From Proteromonas lacertae (lineage: Eukaryota), in NCBI GenBank assembly GCA_002245135.1, contig NGBS01001183.1:62001-101193 (forward strand): a stretch of DNA of 39,193 bases, written 5' to 3'. The notes beneath the pieces were generated by a model, which was not told the DNA's origin, did no database searches, and saw only the letters and a program-made list of their open reading frames with translations. A program made the translations under genes and the position numbers. Numbering within the stretch: position 1 is the stretch's first letter; every line of letters starts with the position of its first letter. Of the stretch, positions 9,223-20,500 are shown one piece after another.

Positions 9223-10215
9223 CTATATATTCTTTAAATGATAGTTAATGTATTCCTTGTATTTTTTCTTCCTAATTTCACTGCCATGCCATAGTCCATG
9301 TAAATATGAGTGAACAATCGGAGGAATAGTTCCATCAAAATTATATAGATAATTATTCATCGGTGTAAAATTATCTTTTGTAAAAGGAATGGGATAATGT
9401 AACAATAATGCATATCCATAACCATGTTTTTTCAAATATATATTATATTTGAATTTTGTAGTATAAACATAATAATTCAAAATCCCCTGATCATTAGTAA
9501 TTTTAATTGTTCTATTCATAAAATCACAAAAATCACTTATGAAATATTTTATTTCAGTTGAAGAACCAATAATCTGTCCAGCATTTATAATTGGCATTTT
9601 GAGAATATTATCATGTGGATTGTATGGTTTTATCCACCTAAGGTTATAATCATCTGCAAAGAAACCATATTTATTATTTCTATAATATACTTCTTGTTGT
9701 AAATATACTCCATTTCCTTTATAGAATGTGAAAGGGTCTTTTTGAAACATAATATCTCGTATATCACATAATAATATGGAATTATATCTATAACCATACT
9801 TCTTAATCCAAGCATTGATCAGAAAGAAACGAATAGTTACATAAAATATTTTATCATTCTTACTCAAAAATGTTGGTATTAATTGCGTTAATTCATCGTA
9901 GGTAATAGGGTATAGTTTATGATTTGATTGATAATAAGGATAAACATCTAATAATTCAATTCCAATCACCTTACCTTTCGTAAATATGTCTTTAGAAAAA
10001 GAAATAGTTTCATTATCACTAAAAAGTAATAAAAAGGAATAAGGTGATACTCTTTTTAGAGTTATGAAAAAACCTTTCAGACTATCTTTTGAATAACCTA
10101 AACAAAATGCTATTACTATATTACTAAATGTATTATATTTGAATAAATAATTCAAAACTATTAATAATACAGTAAATAAAAAGAGTGCGAATAAAGAAAA
10201 AGATAAAATAGTCAT
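9223..10215 (-). CDS. Signal-anchored glycosyltransferase-like protein
   Basis: N-terminal TM segment, RFF, ILLCDIRDIMFQKDPF, NAGQIIG, DQGILNY and PPIVH form a GT-A-like motif set. Confidence 0.7.
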   Translation of the reverse strand: MTILSFSLFALFLFTVLLIVLNYLFKYNTFSNIVIAFCLGYSKDSLKGFFITLKRVSPYSFLLLFSDNETISFSKDIFTKGKVIGIELLDVYPYYQSNHKLYPITYDELTQLIPTFLSKNDKIFYVTIRFFLINAWIKKYGYRYNSILLCDIRDIMFQKDPFTFYKGNGVYLQQEVYYRNNKYGFFADDYNLRWIKPYNPHDNILKMPIINAGQIIGSSTEIKYFISDFCDFMNRTIKITNDQGILNYYVYTTKFKYNIYLKKHGYGYALLLHYPIPFTKDNFTPMNNYLYNFDGTIPPIVHSYLHGLWHGSEIRKKKYKEYINYHLKNI

Positions 10216-10464
10216 TATTTATCTACAACATAAAATATAAGATTTCGCATTCAATAGTTTTTTTATGAAGAAACAAAACATAGATTCGATCTAAACATAA
10301 TTTATATAATTTTTGGAAACTATTAGTTTATGAAACATTCGAAATCTAATTAACTGAATTAGCTTGTAGGTTACGTATGAAGCTAAGACTATTTTTATAA
10401 TTAAGAGACACAAAGATGCATAAGAATATCTAATTAGAATAGTAGAAAACCCTCTACAAACCCC

Positions 10465-11280
10465 ATGCTCAATCGATTCATCACTTTCTCAAATGTAATA
10501 TACCAAACAAAAACAATGCTTAATCTCTATATAATTTCATTTGCGTTTTTTATTATCCTTATACTTTATTTTTATTTCTATAAATTAAACTATGGAGAAG
10601 CTTTATCAATTGTAAGCGGATCAACTTTGTCTGATTGGATAAAATGTCATAAACAATTTTATTCAATGATAAATTATCAAACAGTTAAACCAAAGATGGT
10701 TGTAATTGTTATAAGCGAAGCTAATAACACTAATAATACTATAATCATGAGAAATAATGTTAAGTATTCATTATGCTTTAGAAGAGGAAAACACAATCAA
10801 GCTGATAATAGAAATTATGGTATTAAAAGAACAACTTCTAAATATGTTACAGTTATTGATAGCGATGACTATATATCAAAGTATGCAATAAAAATTATAT
10901 TATCTTATTTCAATAAATATGATAATGATTTATTGTTAAATGTTGCATATAACAGAATTGATTTTTATAATACTACTTTTAACCCAAAGAGGATAGAAAC
11001 ATACACCCTTCCTTATACTCCGGAATTTATTTCACAATATTTCAAACAAAGAAGGAATCAAATCATTCATTGTTGTTTATTTATTTCTAAAATTTTTCAT
11101 CAATCTTTTTTATCAGTCAAAAGAGATATAATTATAAAAAATCTATACAATGAAAGTTGGATTTATTATAGAGGAGAAGATAGTGAAATATGGGATAGGA
11201 TGGTTTCTATGGGTTATAGAGCAAAATTGAATAATTTTCCTATCAGTGAATATGTTCAAAACAAAAAATGTTATGTTTGA
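10465..11280 (+). CDS. Glycosyltransferase family 2 protein with TM anchor (alternative start 10516)
   Basis: INYQTVKP, NRNYG, YVTVIDSDDY and GEDSE are GT2 motifs. Confidence 0.8.
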   Translation: MLNRFITFSNVIYQTKTMLNLYIISFAFFIILILYFYFYKLNYGEALSIVSGSTLSDWIKCHKQFYSMINYQTVKPKMVVIVISEANNTNNTIIMRNNVKYSLCFRRGKHNQADNRNYGIKRTTSKYVTVIDSDDYISKYAIKIILSYFNKYDNDLLLNVAYNRIDFYNTTFNPKRIETYTLPYTPEFISQYFKQRRNQIIHCCLFISKIFHQSFLSVKRDIIIKNLYNESWIYYRGEDSEIWDRMVSMGYRAKLNNFPISEYVQNKKCYV

Positions 11281-11591
11281 AGATGTATTAGTTACAGATT
11301 ATAAAAATCATGTTGACATCACAGCTAATAGGATTTATAAATGATTGAACATTTTCAAACACAGCATTTGACAGTAAATGAAATTATTGCACTTAAACTT
11401 GGAGAATAAAAATAAACAGGTTTTACTCATCAAAAATAATATGATAAATCTAGTATAGATATTTACTATTTATTTTAAAATTATATTGATGATGTTTGAT
11501 AAAAAACTTGAATCAATAAAACGAACATATTATTTTAATATTTGGGAATCACTTTTTTATTTTATTTTTAATTGAGTGATATATTATTTCT

Positions 11592-14500
11592 ATGTCAATA
11601 GTTCCACCATCTGCTAAATGGTTAGAGGTAAGAGCTGCATTGGAAAGTGCTTTTGCTATAACTGAGCCTTATGAAAAGAAAGTATTTATACATTCATTAA
11701 TTATGATTGTTAGAAAGAGGCAATACAAAAGTTTCGTGATAATTTTAGTAGTTTCAACCAGACTGATATAAGTGAGATGGTGCATTTCATATTCAACAGT
11801 TTGAATAATATAACGATAACTCTAGACAGTGAATCACCCAACTTTTTGGCCAGATTGTATTTTAATATAGATTATAATATGTAGAATACTAGTAGAGACT
11901 CTAATCCGTATGCATTTCGCTACATATTTGAAAGAAAACACAAAAAATCTTCTCGATTTATATTTTCATCTTATGGAGAATGATGCTGAATCTATAGCCA
12001 TATTAGTCCTTCCCAAAATCTTTGAGATTATTAAAGCATCTACTGATAATTCAGACTCATTATATTCCTACTTAGAATTATTCCTAAAAATATTTATATC
12101 TCATTATAAGAATTTCAATGATACTGTGAATTACATTTTCAATTTTCAATATTTTACAGACAAAAAGAGTGAAATACTTGACTTTTATAATCAAGCCAAT
12201 AGAATATCAACACAAGTAAAACAATTAAGTGTACAGCTAGAGAATTTGAAGAATAATCCACAATTAGTTGTTTCATCTTCAAGCCATAACTACGATAATG
12301 ATACATTGGCCTCAACATCTGATCAAAAGATGAAAGATCCTGTTGCTATTCAAACCAGAATACAAGAATTACAAAAGGATCAAAGAAGAGCAGCTGAATC
12401 ACTTAGAAAAGCAGTAGAAGAAGTAAAAGATACACGATGTATTGTTGGTTCAAAATCATTTAGAGTTACACAAGAATTGCCTTTATTGGTGTTAATTGTT
12501 GAACAAAAATATTTGGCTCGTTCTTCCATCAAACTTATGTTTGAAGAAGCTTTAAAAGATATGGTGAATGCATTGAATGTTCAAGTTCCAGAAATTGCTA
12601 GGTATTGTTTTAGAAAGAAATTTGCTGATTATGTAGAATGTAATGTATATTATTGTTTTTTTTAATTATATAGACAAGTTCTTTATCATTTCTAAGTTGT
12701 TTAATACCAAAACATCCTGATTTTCTACTTAGTTATGGTAAAACGATAATTGAAAACTTAGTTCACTTATTAAAAATTGCATTACCTGATGCTCATGGTG
12801 TTAGACGTCATTTAATCGTAGCACTTCGTCATATTATAACAAATGAGAAATATCGTCAATTTTATCGTCCTCATTTAGATATATTATTAGATGAAAATAC
12901 TTTGTTAGGAAATAGTAAAACGGTACTTACTCAAAACAGAAGTGTTGCTTATTCGTATCTTAGTGAAATTGTTCACTATTTTCGTCTATGTTTCAATATA
13001 AGCCAAATAAAGAAGATAATTACCATATTTAGCTGTAATTTACATGACCCATCATTACCAATTATTACACAAACAAATGCTGCTAAATTACTGATGAATA
13101 TGATTGAACCAATATGTAAAATATCTGATATTGATATAAATGAGAAAAATAAATATATAGCTCAACTATTAGCAACAATAGTCGAGAAATTCAAAACATT
13201 AGTTGATTATTTACCAAAAGTGGTAGAATCCGAGAAATATAGAAGTGAACATTTATCTACACAAAATCCAATACCTCCACCAATACCAATAGCTTCAAAT
13301 GGAACAGATTTACCCGAAAACCTTCCCAAGCCACCCGAACCTGAACATAAATACACAGATGTTGAAATATTTGAGTTAAAACATAGTATAATACCATCAG
13401 GATATGGAGTATATATATCACAAACAGAAATAGTTGATTATGTTCGTGATATAAGGAGTTTAATTAGAGTTTTATTCATGGGATTAAAGACATTATTATG
13501 GTGTTTATCAAGCAAATCGTCAAGCCAAAGAAATGTTGGTGATAGTAATATCCAAGAGTTTGATGAGAATATTTTAAGGCTAGTATCATCCTTTACACGA
13601 TGTAGTTTTATATTATTACCAACATTGTTCAATTCAAAAGATATTAATCCATTAGAAAAAGATGATTTAATCAGACATTTTACAGAAGTATACACTGTAA
13701 TTAATCCAATCCATGTGAATGAAGTATTTTCAGAGTTAATGCCTATAATATTCGATTCAATAATGAAGGAGAATTTCTTAATATCTTTCTGTAAGAAATT
13801 AGCATGGAGTGATAAACTAACAAAAGAATTTTGCACACTTTTTATTAAGTATTTTATGGATAATATTAGTTACTTGGGTGATTCAGAAAAAGGAAAAATA
13901 TTGAATAAAATCTTTCAATTATGTGTTTTAACTCCATTACCTTATTATACCAATAATATAATGATTATACACGAATATATGATAGAATTCTTATATGAAT
14001 GCTTGAATTCTACTACAGTTTATAATGATAGTTATTATTTTATGTTCCAAGTATTATCATTATTTAAGAATATGTCAAGACAAGGATTTGAAAACAGTCA
14101 GAAAGATTTATCATCCATATCCAATGCAATTATATTATCATTATTACGAATGCAACATAATTGTTCAACTGCTGATATTAATTTCATGATATTAGATTTA
14201 TTATTAACATCACCCAATAGACTACCACATGCTGTTAATCAAATACAATTATTATTTGAACCACTGGTTTTATCATTGAAATCTGATTATGATTCTATTA
14301 TTCTTGGATTGAAAACAATTGATTTATGGATTGATAGTTATACTTCTGATTTTATGTCTCCTTTATTACGTAGAGAACCAATTGCAACAACGTTAATGAC
14401 TGCTTTATCAGATATATTACACAAATATGACCAACCAAAGATTATTACATTTATTATGAAGTTGTATGGAAAGTTGGCAGGTAAATCAAGACAGTATTTA

Positions 14501-17500
14501 CAACAATTACCTTCATTATCATATAAGAAGGAATATACTAATACATTCATTATTGCTACAAGATATGACAATAATAGTGATAATAACAATAAAGCTTTAT
14601 TAATACCATTAGATTATTCAATAGAAAAGTGTTATAAAACAGTTGAGAAATATATAGTACCAATTCGTAAAGTAAAACATCATGTTTATGATGGTTCAGT
14701 AGTAGATACAATATTCCAAAATAACTATACGATTTATACATTTAAATATCAAACATTGCAGTTTGTAGAGTTAATATTATCAAGATTATTATCCTCAGAA
14801 CAATGTGATATAAATACTGATATAATATTGCATAGAAAGAATAAATATAAGTCAATACCAATACTCAATACTACTCCATTAAATGATGTTGATGGCAATA
14901 TGTGTAGACTATATAATCTATTGTTATTATTATCAAGTGATAAAGATATGAATCTATTAGCAATGAATCTTATTAAGAATTGGACAAGACACTTGTTTTT
15001 GGTGTATTTGACATATTTAACAGAGACAAACAGTACAAATGCATATTTCAACTTTGTTAATAAATATCTCTTCTATTCAATTAAAGAAGAAAAACCAAAA
15101 GCTTATGGAATTACTAGTTTATACCATAAACCAGATTTATTTGCTAAATCTCAATTATTACAACCATTTTATGCATATTCTCCTTATTGTTCTGAATCTA
15201 ATGTTGAATATTTATCCGTTTTGGTGTTTAATGATTCGTTAGTTGATAATTTGACAATGGATAATCCAGATACAGTTAATTCAATTATATCAATAATAGA
15301 GTATATGAATGAAATGATGAATGTATTATGTCCAAATAAACCTATGTTATATTTCTTACATTATTATGAAGATTTAACATCTAAATTATTATCAATTTAT
15401 ACAACTGATTGGAGAAAATTATGGGCTATAGTGTTGGTGATTAAGAAATTAATAGAAATATTACCAGTTATTTATTCGTTACGTTATTGTCCATTCTTGT
15501 TTAGATATTTATTTGATACTTTAGGAGGTGTACAATCTGAAGCAAATCCTTTTATTAAACAACCATTATTTGATACTATTATAATGTTATATAATAAAGT
15601 TAAAAATACAAATATAACCAATTTAGAGAATGAATTTAAAGATGAATATATTCAACAACAACAACAACAACAAGGAGCTAATGAAAAGAGTTATTTCTTA
15701 GATAATAAAGTCTTATTAGATGATCTAATTCAATTATGTATAATCCAATTATTAAAAGAAGTAGAACCATCTAGAGAAATATCACAGAAAATAATCTATG
15801 ATATATATTCATCAGGGATAGTGAATTGGGAAATTCATGTATCATTTTACTGTGAAAAATTCTCTACTTTATGTTCTCATATGAGATTAAATTGGTCACA
15901 AACATCCATATATTTGAAAGTAGCTTTATTAAATTCAATAAACTTCATGTACAAATATTTCTTCAATTCTTTTAAAACTCGTTTCTTGAAAGATGTTACT
16001 GCAATTTTAGATGAGAGTATAAATGATACAATGACTTATATACCTGATATGACTGTTGCACAAGCTGAAATAATCAAGTCGAGTGTTAATCTAGTATCAA
16101 GCCAAACCACTATTTCAACATTAAGAGCTCCATTTGATTCGTTGATAATTATTGAACATAGAATACAAGTGTTATTATTAGCAGAACAAGTGATATTATA
16201 TAACAAGTCAAAATTACCAGATTTCTTAAAGTTGTGCATTCCATCATTATCCAGTAGTAATAAGCAGATTATTATTATAACAAAGAGATTATTAGAATCA
16301 ATAAAGAATATATTAAAAGAGAATAATCCACCACTTTCGAAAACTCTATTATCTGATACAATTACTCCATTATTGAGTAAATTAGTTGAACCAACAATAA
16401 CTGTTCCATTATTAAAAGCATTACAACATTTATTAGAATTATTTAGTGAGTCGTTTAATCCAGGAATTGGTGAAAGATTATTACAACATTTAGATCGATT
16501 TGCTGCTACAATAACTACAATGTCTTCAACTCCATTGAATGGACCACAACAGCAACCAAATCAACCTCAAATACCTCAACAACAACAGCAACAACAACAA
16601 CAGAAGGAGTTAACTATTGGTGGAGGTACTGGTAAAGAAGATCCAGTTATTGTTGCTTCATTGATTGATTTATTCCACTTAATACCAGTCAATCCAGCAG
16701 CTTCTGTTAAATATGTTGATAAATTATTCAATACTGTGTGTCAATTGGAAAAGAACAATAGAAACACTTATTATAGATATCTAAATTCACCATATAGATT
16801 GCCATTAGTTCATATAATGAATAAATATGCATCTGAAGCTGTAGGATTGTTTTTGAATGAACAGAAGTTGAATTTGAATCAATGCGCTCCATTATTTTTC
16901 TCTGTTTTAGATCATCCAGAAGCTGTATCATTAAGAAATGAATTTCAAACACCAGCCAATTCAAAGAAAATAATAGAAATGATGCAAAACTTTTACTATA
17001 AGAAAATGAACTCTTATAACGAGACATATTACAATTTGTTACATATTATCTATATATTAACATTACATACACCAACCTGGTTAAAAAGTGAGATTAATAT
17101 TGTTCAAGAGTTAATTAGATTATGGCAAGATCCAAAGTTATTATCATTTAAATCATTTTATCCAAATCCACCATTTCCTAAACTTGTATTGGATACATTT
17201 TTATTATTTGCACAAAATGATTCACCTGAATTGATAGTCACTTGGTTGTTTGAAATATGTAGATGTTTTACTCAAAGATCTTCTATTGATTATACTTATG
17301 TCATTGAATTTTTCAAAAATGTGGTGAGTAAGAAATATACTATTGATAAAAGAATTCATATACTGACATATTTCTTTACAAAATTATTACCCAATGAGAA
17401 TTTAGATATATTAAAAACTGTTTCATTGAAATATATGGTTAATCCAATGGTAGCTTATGCATTGAGTAATCCAACTGAACAATCAGAAGAAATACAAACA

Positions 17501-20500
17501 TCAGTCAAAGATTGCTTACCAATCATATTAAAGAATAAATTCACATCTACATTTAGTGATAGTTTAAAAGTAGAAATATTGAAATTCTGTACAATCTTAT
17601 TAGAAAATATTCCACAGAAAATTGCAGCTGAACAAAAAGCATTAATTAAATATGCATGGGATCATCTTAAATCAGATGACACTGAGACTAAACACTATGC
17701 ATTTGTAACTGTTTGTAGATTCTTTGAAGTTTATTATACTCCCTCTAAAATCATTAATCAAGTATATGTAGCAATGTTAAAGAGTTCTCAAGGTGAATGT
17801 AGAGATGTGTTGTGGAAAGGATTTACTATATTAATGCCTTTATTACCATTGAGATTTAAAACTGAGGAAAAGAATCAGTGTTTAGAAATTACAGGTAAGA
17901 TTTTGAGAGATGAAATTAACAATGAAAATCCAAGATTGAATATATTTAGATTGTTAAATACATATCCAGATTTCTATTTTGATTGTAGAAAGATGATGAT
18001 TGAAAGAATAATTGCCACTATTGTCATCTATTTAAGAAATCAACCATTTGAATCGAAGAAATTGTATATTGATATGACTAAATTAGTATTGGCTTATTTT
18101 GAGAAGAGTATTAAAGTAGAAAGAAAGAAAGATAAAAGTACTGAAGAAGCTGAAGCAAAGCCAACAATAGATACTAGTACAATTCCAATTCCACAAGATA
18201 CAAAAATGGAAGAAGAAGATGAAGAAAAAGGAAAGAAAGAAAAAGAAGATGATGAAATAATCTATGTAGATGAAACGACTGTAGAATACTTCTACAGAAA
18301 CGAAATGGAAAAAGAAAGAAATAAAGAAAATGGATATATAAAGACATTTTGTAATAAAGTTATCTGTCATATATTAAGTACATCTTATAGTGATCGATAT
18401 TATGAAAGAGATCAAATACTTCATGAAGAATCATTAAAAGTGTTGGAAAACACATTAAAAATCTTCCCAAAGGTTAATATTGACTTTATTAATATTAAAG
18501 ATCAAGAAAATCAATTAATACAAAATTGTTTTGTAACAATTCCAATTAATAATGTTGTAGCAGCAAAGGACGAAGAAGCAAAGAAATCTATTGCATTGAG
18601 ATTGGCATATTTCAAGATTTTATCAATATTAATGTCTAACAAAGAATGTGATTTCTTTGTTAGACATTATAAAGAAATAATGGATTTTTATAAAATTCAG
18701 TTAGGTGTAATAAAGTTACAGAATTATGCTCCTATTCTACATAAATTCCATAGAATATTGTTCACTTTATTACCAATACATCCAACAGAAGTTGAAGGTT
18801 TTATTAATATTTTAACAGAATATATAACCAATTTGATCACTCCATCAAGTGAACCAAAGATTATACCATTACCTACAAATCCAAATGGTCATTCTCAACA
18901 ACCATCTGCTTATGATAAAAATGATGTAAAGACTAATCGTTTTACTGTATTTCCTGCTTTATTGATATTGAAACATATATCTTTATATTGCCCTTCTTAT
19001 GTGGATAGATTCGTTGAGACATTGATACATCTATCTAAAGGAGAAATTGATAAGTTTATATATGCACCAAATGGACCAATAATGCAACATAAAAATACCA
19101 AAATCAAATATCCATATGATGATTTTATAGATAAAAGTACTGAAATATATGAAGATTATAAATGTGAAGTATTAACTTCATTCCATATAATCATTGAATT
19201 AATTGGTAAAAGATTATTATATTTATCATCAGCATTTCGAAAGAAGTATTTAGATTTAATACAAATTACATTAAATAAGAATAAATTATCTTATATTGTT
19301 ACGACTATATTAGATGTTATTTATGATTGGATATATCCATATAATGAACCAACAGTAGAAAGAGAAATATTATACAATTTTTGCACAAATGATAAACGTC
19401 AGTTATACTGTGATGAATTAATAGAATTAATCAAATCAATGAAAGTAATTACCAAATTAGCTTCAAGACTAGATATGCAACCAGCTAGTGCAAAATATTT
19501 GAATTTAATATATTATTATTGCACTGAACAAAAGGATGTTCCTGAGAATATAATGAAACAAATTATTATCCCATTAACATATTCATATACTGATATTAGA
19601 TTGAAATTCTTAGATTTATATAATAAATATTGTAGTAAAGATCCATATGAAAGATTAATGTCAACATTGAATCTTCAGGATTCAGATACTTTAGCTCAAA
19701 GAAATTGGATTATTTTTACAGATGTAGTTTTATTGGATTTCTTACCAAAAGATAGTCAAATATTATTCCCACCTGCTCTAAGATTTGGTGCTGTATTGAA
19801 TATTAACTCTAATGATATAAACACAAGCAATTTAATACGTAATGATGATAATAAAGAAAAAATAGTGAAGTTATTGAAAGATGAGAATTATTTTGTTAGT
19901 AATTGTAAGAGATTTTCATCTACAAATCTTATTGATATTTATTATACATTAATATCAATAGATCCATTAATTGCTGATAATATATATTCTATTTTATTCA
20001 ATCAAATATGGAAATATCTAAGTATGGAACAAAAAACCACAATTCCTAATTCTGTGAAACTGTTTTTGTCAAAGAATTTACATTATAAGTCAAGTAGTAG
20101 TAAAATTTCATTATTTTATAATTGTGAGAATAATACATTCCATGTTCCTAAGTTATTGAATAGTTATTCATGTAATTTACACTCATCAATATATTCACCT
20201 ATTGTTTCGACAATATCTCATATACCAAGCTGTCTTCAAACATTTATCCAAACATTAACAAAATTAGAACCGTTACCATTGATTGATCCAGATATATTGT
20301 ATTATTTAGGAACATCGTTGAATTGTACTTATTATGTGATAAGACTATTGGAATTGTATATTTCATTACCAAACGAATCAAATGAAGTTTATATTCGAGT
20401 TTTATACAAATTATATGATTATATTCATGATAATGATTTACAAATTGGTTTATATCATTTTAATGTCAGTAATAATAACAATAAAAACAGTAAATTGTTG

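Noticed and set aside
1..11280. Bacterial contaminant explaining the GT cluster
   Set aside because: USP has a spliceosomal intron, most proteins have type II anchors, and composition looks continuous with the flanking genes. Read support was not checkable.
11273..11409. Coding-looking stretch after GT2 (MFEDVLVTDYK...HLTVNEIIALKLGE)
   Set aside because: Short, needs a frameshift, and has no recognisable family.
13438..18370. Antisense and alternative-frame ORFs within TRRAP (also within SHMT and ABCA)
   Set aside because: These are shadow ORFs of real genes with no recognisable motifs.
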